Shown: positions 30,150 through 39,952, numbered from the stretch's first letter. The stretch is DNA of 64,000 nt from an uncultured Candidatus Saccharibacteria bacterium (GCA_964430945.1 CAYSHH010000004.1:334-64333); one strand, 5' to 3'. Translations and numbers: made by a program. The notes: generated from the letters alone by a model not told the origin.

Positions 30150-30230
30150 ATGGAAATTGATAAAATAGTTTATCGTCTTTATGGTCTAAATTCAAATGAA
30201 TTTATTGTAATAGAAAATTCAATCAAATAA
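30150..30230 (+). pseudogene. 26-codon relic resembling the conserved C-terminal tail of Type IIG/PglX/Eco57I-like N6-adenine methyltransferase-restriction proteins
   Basis: MEIDKIVYRLYGLNSNEFIVIENSIK resembles the ...IDxxVYxLYGLTxEEIxIVE* tail seen at the C-terminus of many large gamma-class m6A methyltransferase/restriction fusion proteins. This is remembered from known families, not searched. An in-frame stop lies immediately upstream. Confidence 0.3.
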
Positions 30231-30235
30231 TTATT

Positions 30236-30991
30236 ATGTCAGATTATTACAACCCTCAAAGAACAAGAAATTTGTATGATCCGAACTCTAGCAATCCATT
30301 TAAATTAAGTAGATCTAAACTAGAGCTATTTTTAAATTGTCCTCGTTGTTTTTATTTAGATAGAAGATTAGGAGTCAGACAACCTCCTGGATATCCTTTC
30401 GCATTGAATAGCGCAGTTGATCACTTGCTAAAAAAAGAATTTGATCTATATAGAAAAAATGGAGATACGCATCCGCTTATTGCTAAATACAAAGTAGATG
30501 CAAAGCCAGTAAATCACAAAATGCTCGATATTTGGCGAGAGAACTTTAAAGGTGTTCAATATCTGCATGAGCCGACTAATCTTTTAATTACAGGTGCAAT
30601 AGATGACCTATGGATTAATTCTAAGGGCGAATATATTGTCGTTGATTACAAGGCTACAAGCAAGGACGAAGATATTACTTCTCTAAATAAATCATGGCAT
30701 GACGGATATAAACGCCAAATGGAAATATATCAGTGGCTATTAAGAAAAAACGGTCTAAAAGTGTCTGATATTGGGTATTTTGTATATTGTAACGGTTGCA
30801 CAGATCGAGACATTTTTGATTGTAAATTAGATTTTAATTTAACTCTGATTGCACATAAAGGCAACGACTCATGCGTCGAAAAAGCAGTCATCGATGCTCA
30901 CAAATGTCTAAACAGAAACCAAATCCCTGAAGCATCACCTGATTGTGATTACTGTAGGTATGTCAGTGCAAGAAAGAAAATAAGTGCATAA
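30236..30991 (+). CDS. PD-(D/E)XK nuclease of the RecB/Cas4-like (Fe-S cluster, DUF83-type) family
   Basis: N-terminal Cys pair (LNCPRCFYL), motif II/III GAIDDL...IVVDYKAT, the QxxxY motif (RQMEIYQWL) and C-terminal Cys (CNGC ... CDYCRY). This is the Cas4-like four-Cys arrangement. Confidence 0.65.
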   Translation: MSDYYNPQRTRNLYDPNSSNPFKLSRSKLELFLNCPRCFYLDRRLGVRQPPGYPFALNSAVDHLLKKEFDLYRKNGDTHPLIAKYKVDAKPVNHKMLDIWRENFKGVQYLHEPTNLLITGAIDDLWINSKGEYIVVDYKATSKDEDITSLNKSWHDGYKRQMEIYQWLLRKNGLKVSDIGYFVYCNGCTDRDIFDCKLDFNLTLIAHKGNDSCVEKAVIDAHKCLNRNQIPEASPDCDYCRYVSARKKISA

Positions 30992-31009
30992 TAGCTTTTG
31001 GAAAGTATA

Positions 31010-32677
31010 ATGTATATAGAAAAAATTAAAATTTATAATTTTAAATGCTTCGAGGAATTTTCACTTAACTTAAAAGATGGTTTAAATATTCTTGTGGGCG
31101 ATAATGAGGCGGGTAAATCTACTATTTTAGAGGCAATACACCTGGCTCTGACTGGTTTATTGAATGGAAAATATTTAAAATTAGAGTTAACTCCAGATTT
31201 ATTTAACAATCAAACAAAAAGAAAATACATTAAGAGTTTACATAAAACTATTCTGCCAGAAGCAATTCCCGTACCCCCAGAAATAGTAATCGAATTATAT
31301 TTTAATGGATTTAAGCCAGAAGATGATTCATTAAAAGCATTATTTGAAGGTACAGGCAATACAGATAAAACAAAGTCTTGTGGTATTAAATTTAAAATTA
31401 ATTTTAATGAAACATATAGAGAATATTATGAAGAGCTAGTGAAGCAAGATGATGCAATACAATCAATACCAACAGAGTATTATGAATTTTCTTGGGCTTC
31501 TTTTGCTAGAGATGAAAAAGTAACTCCTTTTAATATCCCAATTAAATCTGCTCCTATAGATTCTTCAACCATAAGATATAAAAGCGGATCCGATGTTTAT
31601 ATATCTAGAATAGTTAGAGATCACTTAGAAAATGAAGACAAAATTAAGGTCGATCATGCTTATCGTAGGTTGAAGGATAAATTTATAGAAGATAGTTCAA
31701 TTAAAAACGTTAATGAAGTCATAAAGAAAGCTATAGACATATCTAGTAAAAAGGTGGAAATTTCCTTAGATTTATCGGTGAATGCCTGGGAAACTAGCCT
31801 TACAACTTATCTCGATGATGTGCCTTTTCATTATATTGGAAAGGGTGAACAATGTGTTGTTAAAACCAAATTAGCATTGAGTCATAAAAAATCACAAGAA
31901 GCTAATGTTCTATTAATTGAGGAATTGGAAAATCATTTATCATACACAAAACTTAACAGTCTTATTGGTGATATAAAGAAAAATAGTAAAAAGCAGATAA
32001 TAATTTCAACGCATAGTAGTTTTGTTGCCAATAAATTGGGTTTAGATCACATAATAATGATTAACGTAAAAGCTGATAGAAGCACTAGAGCAATAGCAAT
32101 GCTTAAAGATTTGTCAAATGACACCCAATTGTTTTTTGAAAAGTTATCTGGATACGATACACTCCGATTGATACTATGCAAAAAAGCAATACTTGTCGAA
32201 GGTGATTCTGATGAGTTAATTATTCAGCGTGCATATTTGGATAAATTCACTCGATTGCCAATTGAAAATCAAATAGATGTTATTTCTGTAGGAACAGCAT
32301 TTCTAAGATTTTTAGAAATAGCCGATAAATTAGACAAAAATACTTGTGTAGTAACAGACAATGATGGAGACTATAAAACTAAGATTGAAAATAAATATAG
32401 CAAATATAAAGATAGCGAGTGTATTAAAATTTGTTACGATAAAAATGATGACTTAAATACACTGGAACCTCAACTTGTTGAAGCAAATAGTGATAATCTC
32501 GATAATTTAAGAAAAGTATTAGATATTTTAGAAAAAAACTATCCAGGAAAGGACGATATTATTAAATACATGATAAATAATAAAACTAAGAGTGCTTTAA
32601 AAATATTCCAGTCCGAAGAATGTATTAACTATCCAGAATATATTTTAAATGCAATTAAGGGTGGCGATGATTCTTAA
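31010..32677 (+). CDS. gajA: OLD-family ATP-dependent endonuclease (ABC-type ATPase + Toprim), GajA-like
   Basis: N-terminus MYIEKIKIYNFKCFEEF...LNILVGDNEAGKSTILEAI (Walker A), Toprim glutamate in ILVEGDSDELI and the DxD motif in VVTDNDGD. SD ggaaag lies 5 nt upstream. A UvrD-like gene follows immediately. Confidence 0.75.
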   Translation: MYIEKIKIYNFKCFEEFSLNLKDGLNILVGDNEAGKSTILEAIHLALTGLLNGKYLKLELTPDLFNNQTKRKYIKSLHKTILPEAIPVPPEIVIELYFNGFKPEDDSLKALFEGTGNTDKTKSCGIKFKINFNETYREYYEELVKQDDAIQSIPTEYYEFSWASFARDEKVTPFNIPIKSAPIDSSTIRYKSGSDVYISRIVRDHLENEDKIKVDHAYRRLKDKFIEDSSIKNVNEVIKKAIDISSKKVEISLDLSVNAWETSLTTYLDDVPFHYIGKGEQCVVKTKLALSHKKSQEANVLLIEELENHLSYTKLNSLIGDIKKNSKKQIIISTHSSFVANKLGLDHIIMINVKADRSTRAIAMLKDLSNDTQLFFEKLSGYDTLRLILCKKAILVEGDSDELIIQRAYLDKFTRLPIENQIDVISVGTAFLRFLEIADKLDKNTCVVTDNDGDYKTKIENKYSKYKDSECIKICYDKNDDLNTLEPQLVEANSDNLDNLRKVLDILEKNYPGKDDIIKYMINNKTKSALKIFQSEECINYPEYILNAIKGGDDS

Positions 32678-33797
32678 GAATAAGTTAATCATTGCAGCTG
32701 CGGGATCGGGAAAAACTACCCATATCGTTGAGGATGCTCTCCAACAAGATAATAAAGTTCTTATAACAACTTTTACCGAAGCGAATAGAGATGAAATAGA
32801 AAGAAAAATATTAAAATATAAAAAATATATTCCTAAGAATATAACAATTCAAACATGGTTTTCGGTTTTATTGCAACATGGAGTAAGACCCTATCAAGAC
32901 AAAATGAACGACGCACTATACGATAAGAAAGTAGGATTTTATTTATGTGAAGGAAAATCAGGGCTAAAAGCTAAGAATAAGTCGGGTATACCAATTTACT
33001 GGGGAGAAAAAGATTTTTTTCATTTCTATTTTACTAAAGATTTAAAAATATATTCAGATAAGATATCTAAATTTGTTTATAACTGTAATAAAAAAACCAA
33101 TAATGAAGTTGTAAATAGGCTTACAAGAATATATCAAAATATTTATATAGATGAGATTCAAGACTTAGCTGGGTGGGATTTAGATTTAATAAAATTATTA
33201 TTAAAATCATCATCTCAGGTAGTTATGGTTGGAGATCCTAGACAAGCAACTTATACGACTAATGACTCCTCTCGATTTAAAAAGTATCGAGGTAGAATTG
33301 ATAATTTTATAATTAATGAATGTTCTAAAAATATCTGTGATATTGACTTAAAAACATTAAATAAATCTCATAGAAATTGTGAAAATATTTGCAAATTTTC
33401 TTCAAAATTATATCCCGAATATCAAGAGTGTGTTTCGTGTGGTTGTGATACTTGTAAAAAAGATAATCAGGGACATGAAGGAATATTTTTAGTTAGCCCG
33501 GATGACGTTTCAGATTATTGTAGTAAATACGAAAATATTAAAAAATTACGTTATAGTAAAGCTAAAAATACGGAAATTAATTTTGGAGCATCTAAAGGAT
33601 TGGGATTTGATAGAATAATTATTTTTCCAACTCAAAATATCCTAAAATATTTAAAATCCGGAAATATATCAGACATAGAGTCAATAAAAGCAAAATTTTA
33701 CGTTGCCTTGACGAGAGCAAGACATAGTGTTGCTATTGTTTGTAATTATAAAAAAGAAGATCAATATATTGAAGGAATTAATAAGTATTTAGAATAA
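32667..33797 (+). CDS. gajB: UvrD/Rep-like SF1 helicase, compact; GajB-like
   Basis: Motif I IIAAAGSGKTT, motif II IDEIQD, motif III VGDPRQA and motif VI VALTRARHSV. It overlaps gajA by 11 nt and is about 377 aa from this start. Confidence 0.7.
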   Translation: MILKNKLIIAAAGSGKTTHIVEDALQQDNKVLITTFTEANRDEIERKILKYKKYIPKNITIQTWFSVLLQHGVRPYQDKMNDALYDKKVGFYLCEGKSGLKAKNKSGIPIYWGEKDFFHFYFTKDLKIYSDKISKFVYNCNKKTNNEVVNRLTRIYQNIYIDEIQDLAGWDLDLIKLLLKSSSQVVMVGDPRQATYTTNDSSRFKKYRGRIDNFIINECSKNICDIDLKTLNKSHRNCENICKFSSKLYPEYQECVSCGCDTCKKDNQGHEGIFLVSPDDVSDYCSKYENIKKLRYSKAKNTEINFGASKGLGFDRIIIFPTQNILKYLKSGNISDIESIKAKFYVALTRARHSVAIVCNYKKEDQYIEGINKYLE

Positions 33798-34005
33798 TAT
33801 TTATACTGGATAGTCTCCCTTCCACCTAGTCCTCTAAGTGTAAGAACAGGTCTAAAATTATTAACATAAAAAAATAACCATAATTGTAAAAACTATGAGC
33901 AAGACAAATTTACTTAACTATAAAAAAGTATAACGTAGTACATAATTTATATTATATATAGTGACTTTGGCAAAAATGTGCTAATGCAATAATTAAAGTT
34001 ATTTT

Positions 34006-34014
34006 TGATATAAT
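34006..34014 (+). promoter_or_regulatory. TG-extended -10 (TGaTATAAT) immediately upstream of the ydcF-like gene
   Basis: TGATATAAT ends 9 nt before the ATG, implying a very short or no leader. An identical TGATATAAT occurs at 26729-26737 upstream of the RM operon. Confidence 0.3.
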
Positions 34015-34023
34015 TTAATTATA

Positions 34024-34611
34024 ATGAAAAAATATGACGCAGTACTTATACTAGGCAGGGGGATTGATGAGCATGGAAACATGCCAGAAGTTGCCTATGG
34101 TCAAGTTCGAAAAGCAGTCAAACTTTTTAAAAATGACCAAACCAAAAATCTCATTTTTTGTGGCAGATGGTCATATCATGACAAATACGATCACGTGGCA
34201 ACCGAAGCTGAAACCATGGCCAAATATGCGAGCGATCTTGGTGTACCAGATGAGTCAATTCACATCGAAGACAAGTCAGAGGCAACTGTTATAAATATCT
34301 GTAATGCCAAACGAGAATTTCTAAAACCAAAGGGTTGGAAAAACATTGCTTTTATCACTTTGTATCCACTCGTTCCAAGGATCAAGCTCAATGCCGAGTA
34401 TGTACTTGGAGATGAGTATACTTGTGACTACATCGATGCTGGTATAAGATATCCCAAAGACATAGAAGCTAAAAAACTTGCCTCCGAAACTCGCAAGATG
34501 AAAGGCGAAGCAGTAAGTTTTATAAAAACTTTTACCAAAGGTGACGACGAAGCAATCTATAAAGCCGCCACCCTCGAACTTGCCAAACGCAAACAAAAAA
34601 TTAATAAATAA
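34024..34611 (+). CDS. YdcF/ElyC-family (DUF218) protein
   Basis: The pattern AVLILGRGIDEHG...NLIFCGRWSYH...ETMAKYASDLGVPDESIHIEDKSEATVIN matches the DUF218 pattern (ILGGG...SGG...EA..M......GV....I..E..S.nT). Confidence 0.55.
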   Translation: MKKYDAVLILGRGIDEHGNMPEVAYGQVRKAVKLFKNDQTKNLIFCGRWSYHDKYDHVATEAETMAKYASDLGVPDESIHIEDKSEATVINICNAKREFLKPKGWKNIAFITLYPLVPRIKLNAEYVLGDEYTCDYIDAGIRYPKDIEAKKLASETRKMKGEAVSFIKTFTKGDDEAIYKAATLELAKRKQKINK

Positions 34612-34693
34612 TATTACTTAGTATTTTTATTATTATTTAATATGTTATTTTTTGTATGTTATAATTTTAATATACTAAATAAGGCAAGAAACC

Positions 34694-35101
34694 ATGTGGA
34701 AATGCAAAAAATGCAATCGTGAATTTCAAAAAGTAAATCAAATGCACTCATGTAGGTCTTTTGCACTCGTGGATCATTTTAAAAACAAAGAAAAAGCCAA
34801 GGAACTTTTTGAGTGTTTAAAGTCTAAAATTACAAAAGAAATCGGACCCGTGAAAATCGAATCTTTGCCATGCTGTATCCACTTTGTAAGCTCATACACT
34901 TTTGGCGCATGTTGGGCTATGAAAGATAAAATTCGAGTTGATTTTCGCCTTGAGCATCCGATTAAAACTGATAGACCTCACAAATTAAATAAAATCTCTG
35001 CAAATAGATATTTGTATTATTTTGATATCTCCGAAAAATCCGAAATTGATAGAGATCTTATCGGCTGGTTTCGTGATTCTTACAAACTTAAAAATAGTTA
35101 A
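34694..35101 (+). CDS. Hypothetical protein with N-terminal CxxC pair
   Basis: 135 aa beginning MWKCKKCNREF...HSC. No confident family. Confidence 0.3.
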   Translation: MWKCKKCNREFQKVNQMHSCRSFALVDHFKNKEKAKELFECLKSKITKEIGPVKIESLPCCIHFVSSYTFGACWAMKDKIRVDFRLEHPIKTDRPHKLNKISANRYLYYFDISEKSEIDRDLIGWFRDSYKLKNS

Positions 35102-35159
35102 TTCACAATATTTAATCACCAATATTAATTAATTGTGTTATTTATAATGCAAGGAAGGG

Positions 35160-36779
35160 ATGAGAATCATGTCTCAAAAAACAAAACCGGATTTAACGCT
35201 TTTTAAAAATGCGACTATTTACATAGACGCAGACACAAAAGCAAAAAATCTCTTAGTGGAAAATGGCAAAGTCAAAGCATATGATGTTGACGAAAAAGAT
35301 TACAAAGACGCAAAAGTTATTGACTTGAAAGGCAAGTTTATTTATCCAGGTTTTTGCGATAGTCACGTGCATCTTGTTGAAGTCGGATCAATACTAGGCG
35401 CTGCTAATCTTTTTGGCTCAGTTACATCCGACCAAATTGCTAAAAAAATGGCACCAGTTGCCAAGAAAACTCCTAAGGGAAAACTTGTGGTCGGAAATGG
35501 TTTTTATCCAAAAGATTATACTGCTTGGTCACTCGAAGATTTGGCAAAAATTGACAAAGCTACTAAAGGACATCCTGCAGTAATGTTTGATCAGTTAGGT
35601 CACAATTGTATTGTCAATTCAGAGGGTATGAAAAAATGTGGAATTACCACTAAAACCCCAGTACCAATTGGTGGCAGAATGATTATTAAAGACGACAAGC
35701 CAAGCGGAATGTTTATGGAAACCGGAATGCTTTTAGTTGGAAATAAACTTTTAAGATTCTTAGATCCAAAAATTGCCAAAAAAGGCATCAAACAGCTTTT
35801 CGATCTTTGGGCATCAACTGGCTACACTGCAATAGTTGATCTCATGGGAGCTCCATTTGGCCGCATTATGAATCCAGAAATTTGTATGGAGCTGGAAAAA
35901 GAAGGAAAACTTCCTTTAAGAATTAATTATCGCTATACTTTTTATGATTTAAATGATATAGACAATGCTTTAAAATATAAAAATAAAAATACCGATATGG
36001 TTCGTTTCGCAGGACTTAAGCTTTTTGTAGATGGTGCGTATTCAGCTGGGGACGCTTGGACAACAAAGAAAAATTTGCAAGGAAACAATGGCCTTCACTG
36101 CGTTTATATTAATGATAAATTCGGAAAAATTTATAATATTTATAGAATCGTAGAAAAAGCCAATAAACTGAGTTTAAATGTTCATTATCATGTTCAAGGA
36201 GACAAGGCAATTGGTGTAGTACTTGATGCAATTGAAAAAGCCAAAAAGAAAACAGGAAAATTAAATAGTGTTCACACACTTATCCATCTAGCTTTTCCAA
36301 CAGATGCCCAGTTAAAACAAATTAAAAAATTAGCCCCGCATGTAAATACAACAACTCAGCCAGGATTTTGGGCAGTCGAGTCCGCATCAACTAGGTATTA
36401 TGGAGATAAGGCCAAAAAATGCTACCCAGCTAAAAAAATGATGGATATGGGCATCTCAACTGGTCTTTCAACTGACTTTAGTGTTTCACCTTTGAAGTTT
36501 GCTCCAGCTACTGAAGTAATGAGTATCGCACTAACTGGAGCAGGAGATCCTAAAAATCATCCACCATTGGTAATGAAAGATCTGATTAGAGGATTTGGAG
36601 AAGGAAGTGCTAACACAACAGGAATTGATGACGCTGGAAAACTAGAGTCAGGACGTTGGGCTGATTTTGTCGTTTATGACCAAGATTTATTTAGTGTACC
36701 GGTCAAGAAATTTACTGCCAAAAATCCAAAAGTATTAGCTACTTGGGTAGGGGGTAAAAAGGCTTTTGGAAAAGTGTAA
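35160..36779 (+). CDS. Metal-dependent amidohydrolase (amidohydrolase_3-like)
   Basis: GFCDSHVHL metal-binding motif near the N-terminus, about 540 aa, and later His/Asp residues (HYHVQGD, HLAFP, DFSVSP). Confidence 0.7.
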   Translation: MRIMSQKTKPDLTLFKNATIYIDADTKAKNLLVENGKVKAYDVDEKDYKDAKVIDLKGKFIYPGFCDSHVHLVEVGSILGAANLFGSVTSDQIAKKMAPVAKKTPKGKLVVGNGFYPKDYTAWSLEDLAKIDKATKGHPAVMFDQLGHNCIVNSEGMKKCGITTKTPVPIGGRMIIKDDKPSGMFMETGMLLVGNKLLRFLDPKIAKKGIKQLFDLWASTGYTAIVDLMGAPFGRIMNPEICMELEKEGKLPLRINYRYTFYDLNDIDNALKYKNKNTDMVRFAGLKLFVDGAYSAGDAWTTKKNLQGNNGLHCVYINDKFGKIYNIYRIVEKANKLSLNVHYHVQGDKAIGVVLDAIEKAKKKTGKLNSVHTLIHLAFPTDAQLKQIKKLAPHVNTTTQPGFWAVESASTRYYGDKAKKCYPAKKMMDMGISTGLSTDFSVSPLKFAPATEVMSIALTGAGDPKNHPPLVMKDLIRGFGEGSANTTGIDDAGKLESGRWADFVVYDQDLFSVPVKKFTAKNPKVLATWVGGKKAFGKV

Positions 36780-36940
36780 TAAAAAAGTGAATCTCCCGCA
36801 AGCTTACGCTCAGGGAATTAATTTATTTTTAAATGGGCTCCAACATAACCAATTTTACACTTCTAAGGAGTTGAAACCCACTTCGGGGACGTTTTTTTAT
36901 TTGTGATACAATATAATAAATTAAAATGTTTAGGAGGTAA

Positions 36941-37954
36941 ATGAAAAACAAAGTACTAATCTTTGCGTTGATAATCATCCTGATCGGTTTATGTGTTTAC
37001 CTTTTTATCAATTTTAAAAACAAAAAACAAAATCGAATGGGAATAACGAATACTGAAACAAATTCCAATCAAACAGTTGATAATCTAAAATTCGATAATC
37101 CTGATAGTAATAACGATATTTCCAATGATCCAGTCGGTCCATTTTATCATAAAGTTTATAAAGCACTATCCGCCGATGGTTTAGATTTCTCACAAAGCAA
37201 TGAATTGGTTTTGGATAAAGCTTCTGTTCCCGATGCCGTAGAATCAAGTGATGGCAATATTTATGTTTATGCAGTAGATGGTGCTGGACGTAGTAATTCT
37301 GGTGCCATGGTGGCCGTTTCAAACGATAATGGTAAAAGTTGGAAGCAGGGATCAGTACAGATCAAAAGTGATGATAATCATCAGATGTGCGCAGATCCAC
37401 AGGCAATTATCTTAGAAGACGGTTCAATTCGCTTATTCTATCTGGTCGTCACTGGCTTGCCAAATAAGAAAAATGGACAACAAATAAATAATAATCAAGG
37501 CACCTTTTCTATCAAAAGCGCAATTTCCAAAGATGGTATTAACTTCGTTGAAGAAAAAGGAGATAGATATCAATCGGTGGGCGAAATGATCACCGACCCT
37601 GATGTGATCAAAATTGATAATAAATGGTATATGTATTTATCTAAAGGTCCTGAACTGATCGTCACCTCATCGGACGATGGCGAAACATTTGAATTTTTGC
37701 AAAGCATACGTCAAAATGGCTCAGTATCCAAAACTGTACCACTAGGCAACAATCAATTCCGTCAGTATTTTTGTTCGAATGGAATCTCAAGTGCTATATC
37801 TACAGATGGACTCAATTGGACAGACGAATCTGGTATAAGGATTGAACAAGATTCAGGTGAAACAGTTTGTGACCCATCTCCAGTAAAAATCGATAGTGGT
37901 TGGCTGATGTTTTACAAAACAGCACCAGCTCAAAGAATGTCTCAACCACAATAA
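36941..37954 (+). CDS. Secreted BNR/Asp-box repeat protein (sialidase/glycoside-hydrolase-like beta-propeller)
   Basis: Signal peptide followed by three Asp-box-like repeats (VSNDNGKSW, SSDDGETF, STDGLNW). Confidence 0.5.
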   Translation: MKNKVLIFALIIILIGLCVYLFINFKNKKQNRMGITNTETNSNQTVDNLKFDNPDSNNDISNDPVGPFYHKVYKALSADGLDFSQSNELVLDKASVPDAVESSDGNIYVYAVDGAGRSNSGAMVAVSNDNGKSWKQGSVQIKSDDNHQMCADPQAIILEDGSIRLFYLVVTGLPNKKNGQQINNNQGTFSIKSAISKDGINFVEEKGDRYQSVGEMITDPDVIKIDNKWYMYLSKGPELIVTSSDDGETFEFLQSIRQNGSVSKTVPLGNNQFRQYFCSNGISSAISTDGLNWTDESGIRIEQDSGETVCDPSPVKIDSGWLMFYKTAPAQRMSQPQ

Positions 37955-37976
37955 ATATTAATAAAATATTTTAAAT

Positions 37977-38005
37977 AAAAGCAGCTATTTCCTAGCTGCT
38001 TTTAT
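37977..38005. terminator. Bidirectional hairpin terminator between the convergent BNR-protein and MFS genes
   Basis: aaaagcagcta-tttcc-tagctgctttt, with A/T runs on both sides. Confidence 0.5.
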
Positions 38006-38084
38006 TATTTGAATTTTGATCATAAATCAACTACTTCAGTTTCACTTTACTTGTTCCATCTGGAATATGTCTTTTTTTATTAAA

Positions 38085-39698
38085 TTATTCTTTTATTGTC
38101 TTAGGAATATCCCCTGTCGCCAAAAGTAAAAGTATCATTGTTGCGACTAATACCATGAAAGCCTTTTTGACCCCGTCAGCTCTACTTTTGGCATTGATAG
38201 AAACGATATCGGATTGTTGCTGACCAGTAATTTCCTTTTTGTCTAAATAATCTATCAATTGTTTATTGCTAATGAGTGGAATGGAATCGGCAGTTTGCGC
38301 TAGATGTTTTTCTGTCGCATCTGTTGCTGAATCCTTAATTATGTCTTTTTTATCAACATTGGTAATGCTCATGAGTAGCACTACTCCTAGAAGTGCAATC
38401 CCAAATGCTTGTCCCAAATTTCTCATTGTGCCTTGTACGCCACCAGATTGCTTGGCAAAATTAAGAGGAATTGCTGAGGTTACAATGACTCCGGACATTG
38501 AACCCAGTAAACCCAATCCAGAACCGAGAATAAATAACCCAACATAATATATCCATGAGATTGTACTAGTCCCCAAGCCATATGAAATCAATAAGGCGCC
38601 AATGGCATTAAAGACTAAACCAATTTGTATCAATCTTTGCGGATTTGGTTTTTTAAGAAGTGCGGGTGCGCCAATAGAAAAGATTATCATCCCAACTGCC
38701 AATATCATTCCTAGTAACCCTGAATGCACCGCATTGTAGCCTAAAGCAATTTGAAGATATGAAACATTAACAAAACCAACCCCGCCAGTTACAAAGAATA
38801 TTACAGCTGTAAAAATTAGACCTGCTCTGACTTGCTTAGATTTTAAAAATGTTGAAGGAAATAATACGATTTTTCTTGTCTTCTCCAATTGGGATTCCCA
38901 CCAAAAGAAAATAACCAAAACTAAAATTCCAATGCCAATTAATATCGGGCTTAACGAAATCCCAGCGAGTTGAAAGGTGTCAGTCATCGCTTTCCAAATA
39001 CCCCATGTACTAATATTTAAAAGTCCAAATGTAATCATAATCATGCTAAAAGCAAAAAACATTACTCCGATAAAATCAAATTTTGGTTTTGTTGTTTCGG
39101 CACTATCTTTTAGAATCCAAAACGAACCCACTAATAGTAATGCAAACAAGCCTGCAAGTAGTGCAAAAACTATTCTCCAGCCATAGTTATCAATTACATA
39201 ACCACCAGCAATCGGTCCAATTGCCGAAGCAATACCAGTTGAAGCAGCAATTGCACCAAATCCGATTGCTACTTCTTTTCCCTTAAAAGTTGCCGGTATA
39301 AGACCAAGTACTGCAGGAATGGCCAAACTTCCTCCAATACCAGCTAAAATTCTAGCGACATAAGTAAATATAAAAATATTCGGACTCAAAAAAGCGATGA
39401 TCTCGGCAATAGCAAAAGTTATTATGCCAATTTGAAGCAACTTTTTCCAACCAATAATTAGTCCAAGAAGTCCACCGGCAATCATGAATGACCCAGCAAC
39501 AAGTGGATAAATTGAATTTGCAAGTTGCACAGAATTAATAGTCGTATGAAAACTTTCAACCAATGACGAAACTGCATTGTTTAATATTCCATTGTCTGCC
39601 GAAATCACGATTTGAATCAAACAAAAAATAGCCAGCGAATACCATTTTAAACTAGAGTATCTATTTTGCTGGCTATCTGATTCTTTAGAATTCTGCAC
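38085..39698 (-). CDS. MFS transporter (DHA2-like, 14 TM)
   Basis: 537 aa with about 14 hydrophobic helices and MFS-type loops (GRLADRxG-like region WKKLLQIGI...). Confidence 0.75.
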   Translation of the reverse strand: MQNSKESDSQQNRYSSLKWYSLAIFCLIQIVISADNGILNNAVSSLVESFHTTINSVQLANSIYPLVAGSFMIAGGLLGLIIGWKKLLQIGIITFAIAEIIAFLSPNIFIFTYVARILAGIGGSLAIPAVLGLIPATFKGKEVAIGFGAIAASTGIASAIGPIAGGYVIDNYGWRIVFALLAGLFALLLVGSFWILKDSAETTKPKFDFIGVMFFAFSMIMITFGLLNISTWGIWKAMTDTFQLAGISLSPILIGIGILVLVIFFWWESQLEKTRKIVLFPSTFLKSKQVRAGLIFTAVIFFVTGGVGFVNVSYLQIALGYNAVHSGLLGMILAVGMIIFSIGAPALLKKPNPQRLIQIGLVFNAIGALLISYGLGTSTISWIYYVGLFILGSGLGLLGSMSGVIVTSAIPLNFAKQSGGVQGTMRNLGQAFGIALLGVVLLMSITNVDKKDIIKDSATDATEKHLAQTADSIPLISNKQLIDYLDKKEITGQQQSDIVSINAKSRADGVKKAFMVLVATMILLLLATGDIPKTIKE

Positions 39699-39952
39699 CT
39701 TTCCCTCCTTTAATATTTGAGACGATTAATAAAAAAAATTATGTATTAGCTTGCCTATAACACTTATCTTCATTATAGGTATTTAATAATTAATTTGCAA
39801 AAATATAAAAATGAATATCAAATACTTAACGGCTTACTTATTGTTCAAACACTGGATGTGACAATATTTCGTAAATATCTTGTACTATAATCTACAAATC
39901 GGGTAAAATAAGGGGAGAAGAAACTCTGAAATAAATCGGATAAGTTTTTTTT

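Noticed and set aside
30998-31009. TTG start at 30998 for gajA (as in the ORF track)
   Set aside because: The ATG at 31010 is preceded by a GGAAAG Shine-Dalgarno at proper spacing. It gives the N-terminus MYIEKIKIYNF typical of OLD/ABC-type ATPases (hydrophobic beta-strand then Walker A).
26729-34014. Near-identical TTATTTGATATAAT / TTATTTTTGATATAAT sequences at the left (26.73 kb) and right (34.0 kb) edges of the defense island as possible att-site direct repeats
   Set aside because: Both are better explained as TG-extended -10 promoter elements in front of the first gene of each operon. The match is short, AT-only and not flanked by an integrase.
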